From assembly GCA_052168235.1 (NCBI GenBank), contig JBQLZK010000036.1:11498-75497 (forward strand): a stretch of DNA of 64,000 bases, in the 5' to 3' direction. Shown here in pieces: positions 1-11,285 of the stretch. Below the pieces are notes generated by a model, which did not search any database, was not told the origin of the DNA, and saw only the letters and a program-made list of their open reading frames with translations. This DNA is from Thainema sp. GTDB taxonomy: Bacteria; Cyanobacteriota; Cyanobacteriia; Phormidesmidales; Phormidesmidaceae. Every line of letters begins with the position of its first letter. Position 1 is the first letter of the stretch. The position numbers were made by a program, and so were the translations under genes.

Positions 1-52
1 AGCAATGCACCACAACCAAAGAGTTACTACAGCATCTTAGTTTTCGGAAAGT

Positions 53-904
53 TCATTGAATCAGCGATTTGAATTCGGGGTGCTGCTGGAGATTGTTGAA
101 GCTGGCATCCGTGCGAGCCATCATGCGATAGAGGCCAGGGCTGAGGTCGATGGCTCGTCGGAGGTTGCAGATGGCCAGGTTAACTTGATTGCAGAGTGCG
201 TAGGTGCTGGCCTTGCCGTACCAGGCATTGGGATTGTGGTGCTTGTATTTGAGGGAACAGTCGAAGCTTTTCAGCGCTTCTTCATAAGAACCAAGGCGAT
301 TCAAGACGACACCGCGATAGTTCCAGGCGTAGTAGCAGTCCTGCTTGATCATCACTGCTGTGTCGAGACTGTGCAGCGCTTCCCGATAGCGGCGCAGGGC
401 TGCCAGAGCGATGCCTCGGTTATACCAGGCCCGGTAATTTTGGGGCTTGAGCGCCACTGTTTTGTCAAAACTTTCCGCTGCTTCCCGATACTGATAAATC
501 CGAATCAGCGCGTTGCCCCGGTTGTACCAAGCCTTTGGGTCATCCGGACGATATTTGAGCGCCTGATCAAAGCATTCAATGGCAATTTTGTACTGACCCA
601 ACTTGGCCAGGGAAATTCCTTTACCGTGCCAGGCCAGAGCATAGGTGGGCGAAATTTCTAGGCAGCGATCAAAACTTGCGATCGCAGCGTCGTAGGATTC
701 CATCTCGTAGAGGGCATATCCTCGATTGTTCCAAACCTCGTAGTTAGCGGGTTCAACCTCTAAAACCTTGTCAAAGCGGGAGATCGCTCCTTCGTAGCGT
801 CCCAGTTCGTACAGCGCATTACCATGACTGCACCAGGCTTGAGAGTCTGTGGCTGTTTGGTCTGATTGGGTTGAGGTCGAAGAATCAAACACAGGAGATC
901 CCAA
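53..904 (-). CDS. Tetratricopeptide repeat protein
   Basis: About 7 tandem 34-aa TPR units (AWYNRGNAL...A...FDKA); TTG start uncertain. Confidence 0.9.
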   Translation of the reverse strand: MGSPVFDSSTSTQSDQTATDSQAWCSHGNALYELGRYEGAISRFDKVLEVEPANYEVWNNRGYALYEMESYDAAIASFDRCLEISPTYALAWHGKGISLAKLGQYKIAIECFDQALKYRPDDPKAWYNRGNALIRIYQYREAAESFDKTVALKPQNYRAWYNRGIALAALRRYREALHSLDTAVMIKQDCYYAWNYRGVVLNRLGSYEEALKSFDCSLKYKHHNPNAWYGKASTYALCNQVNLAICNLRRAIDLSPGLYRMMARTDASFNNLQQHPEFKSLIQ

Positions 905-1403
905 ATAGTAATGTAACGCCCTTTCTGAGTCCAGTGTTCCCAGTTTTTATCAATGCTTATAAAGTATCGCTGTAGAAAAAGATAAGCAAGGGTAAAGCTC
1001 AATACCTGGACTAAATTTTATCCAGTTGAACCCAAATCGAGCTGGAAATGCGGTTAAATACACGACTCAAAGCCCATTTACCAACTGGATTCTGCTGCTA
1101 TACACTGTCTCAATTAGCCCCAACGACGCTATTTAAATCTAATTAACAAAGAACGTTGACTTACTAACGAAAAAATACGCTGTAAATCTAGCAAAGTTAC
1201 GGATTTTTCCTCCCTAGAAGAGGATGCTTTAGGTATTTCTGCTATTTGATATCAGTACTTTTAGCTAAAGCTTTAACCCGAAAGCTTTTATTTATTTATT
1301 ATTTAAGTGTCCCACACCGTATATCTTTCAGGCAATAGCTCGTTTGCTACTCAAGCAAACATTCAATCTGCTTAATTTTACGTAGAGACCTCACGTTAAT
1401 TGC

Positions 1404-1419
1404 TGTAACTGTGGCTACA
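1404..1419. promoter_or_regulatory. NtcA box TGTA-N8-TACA upstream of the TPR gene
   Basis: tGTAactgtggcTACa; TAAAAT lies 24 nt downstream on the minus strand, slightly longer than the usual 21-23. Confidence 0.55.
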
Positions 1420-1438
1420 AATCAAGGTGTTGCTGAAT

Positions 1439-3760
1439 CTACGAATTGATCACTCTTGACCGTGATTTGATGTGAGGTTTAGCGTGTGACATCACCGATG
1501 ATAGCGGGCGCAGTGAACGACTCTGTTTCAGGTGATTCAGGGTGCGCTGGATGCGGGCGGCATTAACTTCATCCTGCTGGGCTACTAGGCATGCAACGGC
1601 CTGTTCCAAATCCGCGATCGCATCCCCAAGCCGCTCCATCTGGTGATAAATGGCGCTGCGGTAGCAATATAAAAAAGCCTTGTCGGGAGCCTGCTCAATG
1701 GCGCGGCTAATATCTGCGATCGCGGCTGAGAAATGGCCCTGCTGCTGATAAATTCGGCCCCGGTAGAACCACGCGATCGGCGAATTGGGATTGATTTCGA
1801 TGGCGGCCTCAAAGCTCGTCAATGCGGCAGCCCAGTTGCCCTGCTCCATTTGGATCTTGCCTTGGTTACAGTAGGGCACGATTTGATAAGGCTGACACTG
1901 AATGGCTTGGCTGAGGTCGGCTAAGGCTGCAGCGAGATGGCCCGAGTCGTAATAGGCTAGTCCTCGATTGTTGTAGGCCACGGCATCCCGTGGATAAAGG
2001 TGGATTACCTGAGTGAAATCGGCAATGGCTCGGGACTGATCGCCTAAGTCGTAGTGGGTAACGCCGCGATTAAAAAAAGCGGCAGCATCCTGATCATCAA
2101 TTCGAGAATGATGGAATCGCTGGATAAGCCGTCGCACAACGGTTGGATCGGTGGTTTGCAGCTTCAAGCCGACATTGGGAATGACGGCAGATTGGGTCAA
2201 AATGCTGTGCAAACCGAGGACTGCAAAAGTGCGATCGCAGACCAAAAAATTCTCATCAGTGCCCAACACTTTGAAACGGAATCGATCGGCATAGCGCTGC
2301 TTCAAGGGCAGGAGCTGATTGAGCATCGATTGGAGATGCTGACGATGGCGCGGATAAGTATGCCACTGCTGCTGGATGGGAGCTAGCCAGCGGCCCTCTC
2401 TGCGATCGCCACGATGGCACCAGCCAATTTCAACCCGCACCCGTCGTTCGAGCAGCTGCTCTAGTTGGTGAATCACCCCAGCATCCAGTCCGTCTTGGTC
2501 TAACCACGGCCAAACCAGCAAAACCTGATTCTGAGCCTGGGCCAAAATCGATTGCAGCATCTCATGGCTTGCATCGCTAGACGACTGCGCTGACTGATCC
2601 GCTTTCCCCCGGTTGATCACGCTGGCAAAATCAAACAGTAGTTGATGACGGTGGGTCTGCGCGAATTGCTGTTTCGTATTGAGCAATTCTGTTTCCGTAT
2701 CGTCTACCCGTGACGAGAGAACCTGCACCTGCTGCTGAAGAGCAGCCATATCGAGTGCCGTCGGCAAATGATGAGCGATTTGCTGCATGATCGTCTGGAC
2801 AGTGGCTTGCTCTGTCCCCAACTGCGCTTGCTGCATCAGCCCATCTAGTTGGGTTTGGAACTGCACAATTTCGGCCTGTAGACGATCAAACTGGATGGAT
2901 TGAGCCCCCACCACATCAACCATACGCAGCTTTTCATTTAGCATGACCATTGCCTGCTGCAAATCATGCTGCTGCAGTTGTAGATTTTCGAGCTGATGGT
3001 TAAGGGTCATGAAGTCTCGCTTTGGCACCAGCTCGGTCAGCGACTTGATAATTTCAGTCACTTCCTGCTGCACCATGGTTAAGTCATTGGTGCGAATGAG
3101 CCACTGAAGTTTCAGCCCCAGATCATCAATTTGATCTTGGAGGGGATGAATTGTGTTGCGAGCTTCGTGACTGACGCTTTCTAGCCCAACCCGGATTTGC
3201 ACCGCTTCCATTTGCAGCTGGGTCAGAACCGCTTCTAAATGCTCTAGCCGTGACGGGGCTGGAATTTGGTGCAGTCGTGAGTAAACTTGTTTAATGCTCC
3301 ATTCCATCTGGCTGTAGCGGTCTTGCAGATGCTCGGTTTCTTTGTGAATATGGCTGAGGTCAAAATGCTCCAGTTCCCATAAACAGCGATTCACCTGCTG
3401 CTGCAAATCGTCAACCCGATGCATGGCATCCTCCAGGATATGCTGATTGCGGTGGATGATGGCCTGCTGAAACTGATGAAAGGCTTCTGAAGAGGGCGAA
3501 TCTTCCACCTGAGTTTCAACTTGTATCAGTCGCTGAAGCAGGTTAGCTTCGGTGTTGGCCAAACGGCCTCTGGTCTGAAATAGTGCCTGCTGCTGAAAGC
3601 GCTGGCGATTGGCGATGTTGCACCCAGCCAGCAGCGCTAGGGGTGCGATCGCAAACACCACGTTATGCAACACAACGGCAAGGGTGGTTCCTATTCCTGT
3701 CAGCAGGAGCAAGATGTATTCAGTCCAGTCTAGCCAGTGGCGCTTGCGGAGGATCAGCAT
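1439..3760 (-). CDS. Membrane-anchored coiled-coil / PLD-like / TPR protein
   Basis: N-terminal hydrophobic helices, long Q/L-rich coiled coil, PLD-like segment (VLLVWPWL...GTDENFLVCDRTFAVLG), C-terminal TPRs; start set at ATG 3760. Confidence 0.75.
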   Translation of the reverse strand: MLILRKRHWLDWTEYILLLLTGIGTTLAVVLHNVVFAIAPLALLAGCNIANRQRFQQQALFQTRGRLANTEANLLQRLIQVETQVEDSPSSEAFHQFQQAIIHRNQHILEDAMHRVDDLQQQVNRCLWELEHFDLSHIHKETEHLQDRYSQMEWSIKQVYSRLHQIPAPSRLEHLEAVLTQLQMEAVQIRVGLESVSHEARNTIHPLQDQIDDLGLKLQWLIRTNDLTMVQQEVTEIIKSLTELVPKRDFMTLNHQLENLQLQQHDLQQAMVMLNEKLRMVDVVGAQSIQFDRLQAEIVQFQTQLDGLMQQAQLGTEQATVQTIMQQIAHHLPTALDMAALQQQVQVLSSRVDDTETELLNTKQQFAQTHRHQLLFDFASVINRGKADQSAQSSSDASHEMLQSILAQAQNQVLLVWPWLDQDGLDAGVIHQLEQLLERRVRVEIGWCHRGDRREGRWLAPIQQQWHTYPRHRQHLQSMLNQLLPLKQRYADRFRFKVLGTDENFLVCDRTFAVLGLHSILTQSAVIPNVGLKLQTTDPTVVRRLIQRFHHSRIDDQDAAAFFNRGVTHYDLGDQSRAIADFTQVIHLYPRDAVAYNNRGLAYYDSGHLAAALADLSQAIQCQPYQIVPYCNQGKIQMEQGNWAAALTSFEAAIEINPNSPIAWFYRGRIYQQQGHFSAAIADISRAIEQAPDKAFLYCYRSAIYHQMERLGDAIADLEQAVACLVAQQDEVNAARIQRTLNHLKQSRSLRPLSSVMSHAKPHIKSRSRVINS

Positions 3761-4002
3761 GGGAGTGGGTGAGGGGTAGATATGATGGCTCTTTTCCCTC
3801 TTTCCATCCCGCCACCGCACATCAGGATAAGCGACTTAATTTACCGAAAAACACGGAGAAAACTCAGCAACAAAGCGCAATAAAACTTGCTAAGCATCTC
3901 AAGTCTGCGTATGAGAATCCAGGAAATAGTCCCACCTTTATTAGCGCAAAACGCAGGGTGGTTTCGTTTAGACAGAGAATAATTTAGAACGATAAACGTT
4001 GC

Positions 4003-4030
4003 GTAGGGGCGAATGGCCATTCGCCCCTAC
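4003..4030. repeat. REP-like palindrome GTAGGGGCG...CGCCCCTAC
   Basis: gtaggggcgaatggccattcgcccctac; related copies elsewhere in the window. Confidence 0.8.
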
Positions 4031-4111
4031 CAGATCCGTGAAATGGCGACTTTAGAATTTATTTTGCAAAATGAAACCACCCTGCTTATTAGCGCAAGAA
4101 GCGCTATGGGA

Positions 4112-4567
4112 TCAGATCAGCAAATTAAACTCTTTGAGCGCAGGTAAAAAGTTTTTGTTTTCATGGCTGGGGCGACTGAGTTTAATCAGCGCAAATCGCT
4201 GCAGCGGTGTGAGCGACTGCCACTGTGATAGGTTAATCTGGGCATCAAACTCTTCAGCTTTCGCCTGAGTTTGCGGGGGAACGGTGGTGGCATCTAGCCA
4301 GTCTGGATTCGGATCAATATCCAGTGTTTTGGCCGGACTGCCGTTGTACTGTTCCACTAACGATTGAGTGCGATCGCAATAATCCTTCACTTCCCCTGGC
4401 GTTTCACAGGGCAAATTCACCAGCATTTCCCGTTCAGCCTGACTGAACTGGTGCCAGTGTTCCAGCTTCAGCTTCACACCACAGGTATCGAGCTTGTAGC
4501 GCACCTGCATCGGAATGCAGCGGAGAGATTCAACAAAATCAGATTCAAACTTAAAAAATTCAGCCAT
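4112..4567 (-). CDS. narM: Nitrate reductase associated protein NarM
   Basis: FESDFVESLRCIPMQVRYKLDTCGVKLKL and RFALIKLSRPSHENKNF motifs; downstream of narB. Confidence 0.9.
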   Translation of the reverse strand: MAEFFKFESDFVESLRCIPMQVRYKLDTCGVKLKLEHWHQFSQAEREMLVNLPCETPGEVKDYCDRTQSLVEQYNGSPAKTLDIDPNPDWLDATTVPPQTQAKAEEFDAQINLSQWQSLTPLQRFALIKLSRPSHENKNFLPALKEFNLLI

Positions 4568-4578
4568 CGGTTTCAGTC

Positions 4579-5046
4579 TTACTTCATCGAACGTCGCGGA
4601 CTTGTGGCTCGAATGATCCAGTAGCTGATTGATAGAGCAAAAATCGCGACCGCAAGGCCAATGATTTTGGTTCCAGGCGTATTGTCAAAGTCCAGCACAA
4701 TAATTTTTCGCGCCACGGCAATCAGTGAAGTTGCCACTACTAACTCCACATGAATGGAATGATCACGCAGATAGGCCGTGACATTTTCGAGAATTTCCAG
4801 CGCAATCAGGATATTGAGAAACAGCCCAAAAATAGTGATCAAATCAACCGAAAATTGTCCATAGGGTACAACTAACAGCTCTTTCCCTAGAAAAACTATT
4901 AAGTTGATTACCGCCCCGATCAACACCAATACCATCGCAATCGAGAGGATCTTGGAAACAATTACCTCTACAGTTTGCACCAGGCTTAAAAACGTCTGAT
5001 TGCGGGTTGCTCGACGGAAATATCGATAGGGAAGTCGCCATTTCAT
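4579..5046 (-). CDS. PsiE-family membrane protein
   Basis: Four TM helices, LIALEILENV...SLIAVARKIIVLD signature. Confidence 0.8.
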   Translation of the reverse strand: MKWRLPYRYFRRATRNQTFLSLVQTVEVIVSKILSIAMVLVLIGAVINLIVFLGKELLVVPYGQFSVDLITIFGLFLNILIALEILENVTAYLRDHSIHVELVVATSLIAVARKIIVLDFDNTPGTKIIGLAVAIFALSISYWIIRATSPRRSMK

Positions 5047-5195
5047 GGTGGATTCAAAGCGGAATAGTACGGCAAAGGCTGCAACTATCCAACTTTACAT
5101 GGAATTTGCCGACTCTTATATACGAAACGATTAACCTAGTCATTAGCCACAGCATCAATGGAAGTCTCTGGCTATTGAGACCTCCACTCCATCAG

Positions 5196-7433
5196 TCACC
5201 TGAGCGGGGTCACCAGATTGGAACGCGAAATTGCCGCTTCCTCCTCTTTCTCTTGGTAATCGTCTCGATGGGTACTCAGCGGCACAAGCTGCACTGCGCA
5301 AGCTTTCAGCTCTGGCTGCAGGGAATCAGGACAGGCAGCAGAATGGGTCATGGCATTCGCTTCGGCATAATCGGCCCAGAGTGCGCCCCAGTGCATCGGC
5401 ACAAATACCGTTCCAGGCGTAATCGCTTTGGTAACTTTCACCTCAAAGCGGCCAAATCCGCGCCGCGATCGCACTTCAACCCAATCTTGATCGTCAACTG
5501 CTAATCGATCCGCATCTTTAGGATGAATCTCAATAAACGGCTTCGGATGCATTTTGGTGATCTTCTCGATCCGTCCGGTGCGGCTTTGGGTGTGCCAGTG
5601 GCCGTAGAGCCGTCCCACAGTGAGCACAAAAGGATAATCCGGATCGGGCGGTTCTGCCAAACCTTTGGCGTGATAGGCACCAAATTTAGCTCGACCATCG
5701 GGCGTCAGAAACTGCAAGTTCGTGTAGAGCCGCTTCGCACCTCGTGCGGCTGGCGTTTCATCCTGAGTCGAACTATCGGGACAGGGCCACTGAATCGGGC
5801 CTTCTCGCCGTAGTCGTTCGTGGTTGAGTCCGGTCATATCACAAATGCGATCGCGGGTCAGCTGCACAAACTCAGCATAGACTTCGGCGCTGGAGTTAAA
5901 CCAAAATTCTTTTTCAAAGCCCAGACGGCGACCGATTTCAGCAAAAATCTTCCAGTCAGCCTTGGCATCACCAACCGGATCACGAAACGCCGGACAGAGC
6001 GTCACCATTCGTTCTGAATTGGTCATCACGCCCGTTTTCTCGCCCCACTGCGCCGCTGGTAAGAGCACATGGGCATAATCAGCGGTTTCGGTGGGATAGT
6101 AGGCATCCTGATAGATCGTGAACGGCGACTGGCGCAGGGCAGCCTGTGTCCGTTTTATATCGGGCATACTGACAGCGGGATTTGTGGCCGCAATCCACAG
6201 TGCGCCAACGGTGCCGTCTTCCAGCCCCGTGATCATATCCCAAGCAGTGAGGCCGGGAGTGGCCGGAATGCGGCCTTCCGGTAAACCCCAAAGCTGCTCC
6301 ACCTGGCGACGATGCTCTGGATTTTTCACGACCCGGTATCCCGGCAGGATGTGCGACAATCCACCCGCTTCCCGTCCGCCCATTGCGTTCGGTTGCCCCG
6401 TCAGCGAGAATGGCCCCGCGCCTGGCTTGCCAATATTGGAGGTCATCAGGTGCAGATTAATCAGCGTCCGAACCTTGGCAGTACCCTCACTCGACTGATT
6501 AATGCCCATCGACCAAAGCGACAGCACTCGCTCCGACTCAGCCCAGTAGCGAGCCGCTTTTTCTAAATCACTCATGGAAATGCCGCACTGTTGCGCCACC
6601 AACTCCGGCGGATAGTGACGAATCACCTCAGCATAGTCTGAGAAACCCTTCGTACATTCATCAATAAAGATTGTATCCAGCGTTCCCCACCGCATCAGCA
6701 GGTGGGCGATACCGTTAAGTAATTGAATATCCGTACCGGGTTTAATCGCCAGATGTAGGTCGGCGGCCTCAGCGGTTTCGGTACGGCGCGGATCAACCAC
6801 AATCATCTTGACGCTGCGACTTTTCTTGTGGTGCCGCCGCAGCCGATTAAACACAATTGGGTGACATTCAGCCGTATTGGTGCCAATTAGAAAGGCAAAG
6901 TCCGTCTCTTCCAAATCGTCATAGGTACAGGGTGGGCCATCGGTACCGAAGCTCTGAATATATCCGGCCACAGCAGATGACATGCAGAGCCGCGAATTAG
7001 CGTCAAAGTTATTGGTGCCGAGACAGCCTTTCAGTAGCTTCTGTGCGGTGTAATAGTCCTCGGTTTGAAACTGGCCAGAACCATACATACAGATGGCATC
7101 TGCACCCTGAGTATCGAGCACCTGACGCAGCCGAGTGGCGATGTGATCATAGGCTTCTGCCCAGGAAACGCGCTGAAATGGCTCATCCAGCGAATAGCGC
7201 AGCATCGGGTACTTGAGCCGATCTTTGTCGATCGCTTCAGCAATGGTGGCCCCCTTTACACAAACGAGTCCCTTGCTCGATGGATGGTTGCGATCGCCCC
7301 GCACTTGCCAGGTCGGATTACCTTGTTTATCGCGATTGACGGCTTTTCCCGGTAGTGCTGGGGGCAAAACTTCCAAACCACAACCAACGCCACAGTATGG
7401 ACAGAGAGTTTTGGTCGGGGTGGGTGCTGTCAT
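5196..7433 (-). CDS. narB: Ferredoxin-dependent assimilatory nitrate reductase
   Basis: CPYCGVGCG...CVKG 4Fe-4S motif, [19 protein letters not shown], molybdopterin C-terminal domain. Confidence 0.97.
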   Translation of the reverse strand: MTAPTPTKTLCPYCGVGCGLEVLPPALPGKAVNRDKQGNPTWQVRGDRNHPSSKGLVCVKGATIAEAIDKDRLKYPMLRYSLDEPFQRVSWAEAYDHIATRLRQVLDTQGADAICMYGSGQFQTEDYYTAQKLLKGCLGTNNFDANSRLCMSSAVAGYIQSFGTDGPPCTYDDLEETDFAFLIGTNTAECHPIVFNRLRRHHKKSRSVKMIVVDPRRTETAEAADLHLAIKPGTDIQLLNGIAHLLMRWGTLDTIFIDECTKGFSDYAEVIRHYPPELVAQQCGISMSDLEKAARYWAESERVLSLWSMGINQSSEGTAKVRTLINLHLMTSNIGKPGAGPFSLTGQPNAMGGREAGGLSHILPGYRVVKNPEHRRQVEQLWGLPEGRIPATPGLTAWDMITGLEDGTVGALWIAATNPAVSMPDIKRTQAALRQSPFTIYQDAYYPTETADYAHVLLPAAQWGEKTGVMTNSERMVTLCPAFRDPVGDAKADWKIFAEIGRRLGFEKEFWFNSSAEVYAEFVQLTRDRICDMTGLNHERLRREGPIQWPCPDSSTQDETPAARGAKRLYTNLQFLTPDGRAKFGAYHAKGLAEPPDPDYPFVLTVGRLYGHWHTQSRTGRIEKITKMHPKPFIEIHPKDADRLAVDDQDWVEVRSRRGFGRFEVKVTKAITPGTVFVPMHWGALWADYAEANAMTHSAACPDSLQPELKACAVQLVPLSTHRDDYQEKEEEAAISRSNLVTPLR

Positions 7434-7582
7434 AGTTCCTCCGCAATGGCCGATGCAGCTTTCTTATGAGACTAAGAGACTGGAGCCTAGACTATGCCAA
7501 GCCCCAGTCCGATGGAGTTCAACGCGAACGAATTGCACGAGGCATCAAGTAGAACGTTGATAGAACGGTTCGTAAACGCTCA

Positions 7583-9127
7583 CTAAATGACGCGAGACTC
7601 GCCATCTGCAAAGGCAGGTACGCCCTCAGTATGATATTCTTCCTCGCCTTCATGAAACTCTGCAAAGGAACCTTTCGGCTCGTTCAGGACGAAGGCACAG
7701 AGGAAGCCAACGATGAGCGAGGCAATCCCTAGTGTCTGGAAGAAGATAGCGTTACCAACCGCACCTTCAGGCAGGAAGCTGTAGAGCGTCAGGTAGCAAA
7801 CCGCACCCACGTTACCGTATGCACCGACGTTACCCGCAATCTGGCCCGTGACGCGGCGCTTAATCAGCGGCACGATGGCAAAGGTGGAGCCTTCACCCGC
7901 CTGGACGAAGAAGGAGCAAGCCATCGTCAAGATAACCGCAGCGGGCAGCCACCAGCCGGAACCCACGCTACCCATCATCAGGTAGCCGATACCCATACCT
8001 AAAGTGAGAACCGCCATTGTCCACTTGCGGCTACCCAGCTTATCCGAAATTAAGCCGCCACCCGGACGAGACATCAGGTTCATGAACGCGTAGCTAGCCG
8101 CAATCATCCCGGCAGCCGCTTTGCTCAAGCCAAAGGTCAACTCAAAGAAGGCGGGCAGCATCGAAACAACCGCTAGCTCAGAACCAAAGTTAACAACGTA
8201 GGTGAGTTCGAGAATAGCAACCTGTTTGAACTGATAGCGATCTTCTGCTGGATAAACCTTGCGACCCGTCATCAGGTCACTGTTTACGCTCCATGCCTTG
8301 TATGCCTGGAATGCGTAGAGAGCCGCTAAACCAGCCCAGATGACGTACAGCGTTCCTTGACCATAGAGTCCAACTTTGGTTAAGCGCCAAGCCAGGAGAG
8401 CCAACACGCCGATTAAAGGTACATTCATGGCTAACAGGAACCAGAAGTCGCGCTTGGAGGTGACTTCCATGCCGCCGTGACGACTGGGGCGCTGATAGGT
8501 GCGGCCTTCAGGGGTGTCACTAACGCTGAAGAAGTAGAATACACCGTAGAGAGCAGCGATGATACCTGTACCTGCGATCGCAGCTCGCCAGTTGAGCAGA
8601 GCTTCACCACCAGCAGCCGGAGCGCCGAACGCCAGCCAAGCCGCAATGGTCGGGAGGGTGAATGCCGCAGCCGCTGAACCGAAGTTACCCCAGCCGCCAT
8701 AGATGCCTTCCGCAGTTCCAATTTCCTTGGGTGGGAACCACTCTGCAACCATACGGATGCCGATTACAAAGCCTGCGCCGACGATACCCAACAGCAGACG
8801 GCCAATCACCAAGCCTGTGAAGTCCTGAGCCGCTGCGAAGATGAAACAGGGAATCGCCGCATAAACCAGCAGGACTGAATAGGTAATCCGAGGGCCAAAC
8901 TTGTCCAGCAGCATGCCGATGATAATCCGGGCTGGGACTGTCAAAGCTACGTTACAGATAGCTAGAGTCCGAATTTGGGTAACTTCGAGGCCCATATCTT
9001 CAGCAACCGCAGTTGCCAATGGCGCAAAGTTAAACCAAACAACGAACGATAAGAAAAAAGCAAACCAAGTTAAATGTAAGACGCGGTAGCGACCGTGCGT
9101 CGCTCTCGTTACTAGCTCCGTGAGCAT
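7583..9127 (-). CDS. nrtP: Nitrate/nitrite MFS permease (NarK/NrtP family)
   Basis: 12-TM MFS with GIYGGWGNFG, FGSELA and GNVGAYGNVG signatures; start set at ATG 9127. Confidence 0.93.
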   Translation of the reverse strand: MLTELVTRATHGRYRVLHLTWFAFFLSFVVWFNFAPLATAVAEDMGLEVTQIRTLAICNVALTVPARIIIGMLLDKFGPRITYSVLLVYAAIPCFIFAAAQDFTGLVIGRLLLGIVGAGFVIGIRMVAEWFPPKEIGTAEGIYGGWGNFGSAAAAFTLPTIAAWLAFGAPAAGGEALLNWRAAIAGTGIIAALYGVFYFFSVSDTPEGRTYQRPSRHGGMEVTSKRDFWFLLAMNVPLIGVLALLAWRLTKVGLYGQGTLYVIWAGLAALYAFQAYKAWSVNSDLMTGRKVYPAEDRYQFKQVAILELTYVVNFGSELAVVSMLPAFFELTFGLSKAAAGMIAASYAFMNLMSRPGGGLISDKLGSRKWTMAVLTLGMGIGYLMMGSVGSGWWLPAAVILTMACSFFVQAGEGSTFAIVPLIKRRVTGQIAGNVGAYGNVGAVCYLTLYSFLPEGAVGNAIFFQTLGIASLIVGFLCAFVLNEPKGSFAEFHEGEEEYHTEGVPAFADGESRVI

Positions 9128-9228
9128 GTCACACCTTCCTAAATCATCAGCGAGCAAAACAGTGAGTACTAGGGGCAAATCCTGCTCGAAAACTTACCCC
9201 GTGCGATTGTGCTGTCCTATTGGAGAAG

Positions 9229-10782
9229 TTAGGCTTCCACCATTTCCTGCTTAGGATGAGCATCAAACTTTTCGATCAGTAAATCTCGGAGCAGAGGCTT
9301 CAAGTCCTCACAGGGAATCCCTTTCATCACACAGGTGCCAAGCTGAGCATCCTTGCCCACTTTGCCGCCCATGTAGATATCCACCGCTTCCACCGTCTTG
9401 CCGTCTTTGCGAGTCTTGGTTCCCATGAGGCCAATGTCAGCAACTTGAGGCTGACCGCAAGAGTTAGGGCAACCTGTCCAGTGAATGCGGACAGACTTGG
9501 GTACATCCAGCTCCAGATCCAGCTCATGCACCAGCGCCAGCGCCCGATTTTTGGTTTCAATCAGGGCAAAGTTGCAGAACTGATTCCCTGTACAGGACAC
9601 CAAAGCCCGTTCTAGAGCAGGTGGATCGATGGTGAAAACCTTGAGCAGTGGCTCTTTGAGCAAGTCCTCTAGTCGAGAATCTGGCACGTTAGGAACGATC
9701 AGATTTTGCTCAACCGTGAGCCGAATCTCGCCATCGCCATAGACTTCTGCAATCCGCGCCAGCTCGAACATATCTTTGGCATAGAGCCGACCGATAGGCA
9801 CGTGCAGCCCCACGTAGTTCAAGCCATCCTGCTTTTGCGGATAAACGCCGATATGATCCCGCTTTTCCCAAACGATTTCGTCTTTTTCAGCTTCCGGCTG
9901 GAGATCTTGACCTAACTGCTGCTCAACCTCGGCCCGGAATTTATCCATGCCCCATTCGTCAATCAGCCACATCAGCCGCGCTTTTTGCCGATTCGAGCGC
10001 AAACCGTTGTCGCGGTAAACTTCCAGAATGGCGCGGCTAAGGTCAACTACCTGATCCGGTGTTACCCAGGCATTGAGTGGCACCGCCGCTTCACACCGCT
10101 TAGCGGAGAAGAAGCCCCCCACTAAAACGTTGAAGCCAAAGGTGCCATCCTTGAAGGCCGGAACATAGGCGATGTCGTTGATTTCAGCGTGAACCGAATT
10201 ATCCCGACAACCTGCGATCGCAATATTGAACTTACGCGGCAGGTTGGTAAACGCTGGGTTGCCTTCACCGCCGTTTGTGATCATGTCCTGCACTTGCTTG
10301 ACCAGATCACGGGTATCCATCAGCTCATCGGCGTCAATGCCCGCCACAGGCGAACCTGTGATGTTGCGGACATTGTCCATGCCAGATTGAATGCTGGTTA
10401 GGCCAACCTGCTCAAAGCGGCGGAAAATATCCGGCACGTCCTCAATCCGAATGCCGCGCAGTTGGAGATTCTGCCGCGTGGTGATATCGGCATTACCGTC
10501 ATCACCGTAGCGTTGCACAATTTCCGCCAGCACCCGCATTTGAGCGCTGTTGATGATGCCACTGGGCATCCGCAGTCGCAGCATGAATTTGCCCGGAGTC
10601 ACCGGACGGAAGAAAACGCCCAGCCATTTCAGCCGATGATCGCGATCGTCGGTATCAATCGCTTCCCAGCCGATCTGAGCAAAATGGTCAAGCTCTTGCT
10701 TAACAGCCAGTCCATCCTTCTCAGCCTTAAACTTCTCGAATTTATTAAGCCCGGTTGTCGGTTTTGTGCCTACGTTGGTCAC
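9229..10782 (-). CDS. nirA: Ferredoxin-nitrite reductase
   Basis: LNKFEKFKAEKDGL, TTRQNLQLR, NLPRKFN, CTGNQFC, TGCPNSC; likely GTG start at 10782 after GAGG. Confidence 0.97.
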   Translation of the reverse strand: MTNVGTKPTTGLNKFEKFKAEKDGLAVKQELDHFAQIGWEAIDTDDRDHRLKWLGVFFRPVTPGKFMLRLRMPSGIINSAQMRVLAEIVQRYGDDGNADITTRQNLQLRGIRIEDVPDIFRRFEQVGLTSIQSGMDNVRNITGSPVAGIDADELMDTRDLVKQVQDMITNGGEGNPAFTNLPRKFNIAIAGCRDNSVHAEINDIAYVPAFKDGTFGFNVLVGGFFSAKRCEAAVPLNAWVTPDQVVDLSRAILEVYRDNGLRSNRQKARLMWLIDEWGMDKFRAEVEQQLGQDLQPEAEKDEIVWEKRDHIGVYPQKQDGLNYVGLHVPIGRLYAKDMFELARIAEVYGDGEIRLTVEQNLIVPNVPDSRLEDLLKEPLLKVFTIDPPALERALVSCTGNQFCNFALIETKNRALALVHELDLELDVPKSVRIHWTGCPNSCGQPQVADIGLMGTKTRKDGKTVEAVDIYMGGKVGKDAQLGTCVMKGIPCEDLKPLLRDLLIEKFDAHPKQEMVEA

Positions 10783-11191
10783 GATACTAACCTCTATCCC
10801 TACTGTTGGGCTTTGCTTCAAATACAAAACCTAGATTTCAAAAACCTAGTACGGTTAATTTTGGAGCTATTTTAAGCAATCAATTTTCTCATCAATGTTC
10901 AATTTGAACGTCTAAATTCCACATTGCAACTGCCCCAGCACTTTGATTGAGAAATTCAAGAACTCAAGCCATTGCAACGTCAAACGATTACTCAAATGCT
11001 GCTCAACAAGCTTCCACATCTCAAAAAACAACTACGCAAAAAGTTGGGCTGGCTTTATTTAAATTCTTCCAAAGGAATGATTCTATTTTTAGTCACCAGC
11101 CTCAACACTTAGCTGTTGAAATCTACAAACGCAGGATAAAAATTTGAATAAATTGATCTCCTGAAGTTCTGTAGTAATGATGTCTGGAATC

Positions 11192-11233
11192 AAGTTATTC
11201 AAAAAGAAAGTTGCTTTTTGTAACTTCCACTAC
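11192..11233 (-). promoter_or_regulatory. Class II NtcA-activated promoter of the nirA operon
   Basis: Minus strand GTAgtggaagtTAC (11233-11220), then 22 nt, then TAACTT (11197-11192). Confidence 0.85.
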
Positions 11234-11270
11234 CGTTTTCGTTTTCTGTCGCTTTTTCCGCATAGGGCTT

Positions 11271-11285
11271 ATGCGCAAACCGCAT
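11271..11285. promoter_or_regulatory. NtcB (LysR) box AT-N11-AT
   Basis: ATGCGcaaacCGCAT, centred about 93 nt upstream of the inferred TSS near 11185. Confidence 0.7.

Noticed and set aside
56..661. Long antisense ORFs (also 47696-48310, 52145-52732, 52805-53569)
   Set aside because: Shadows of well-supported genes on the opposite strand
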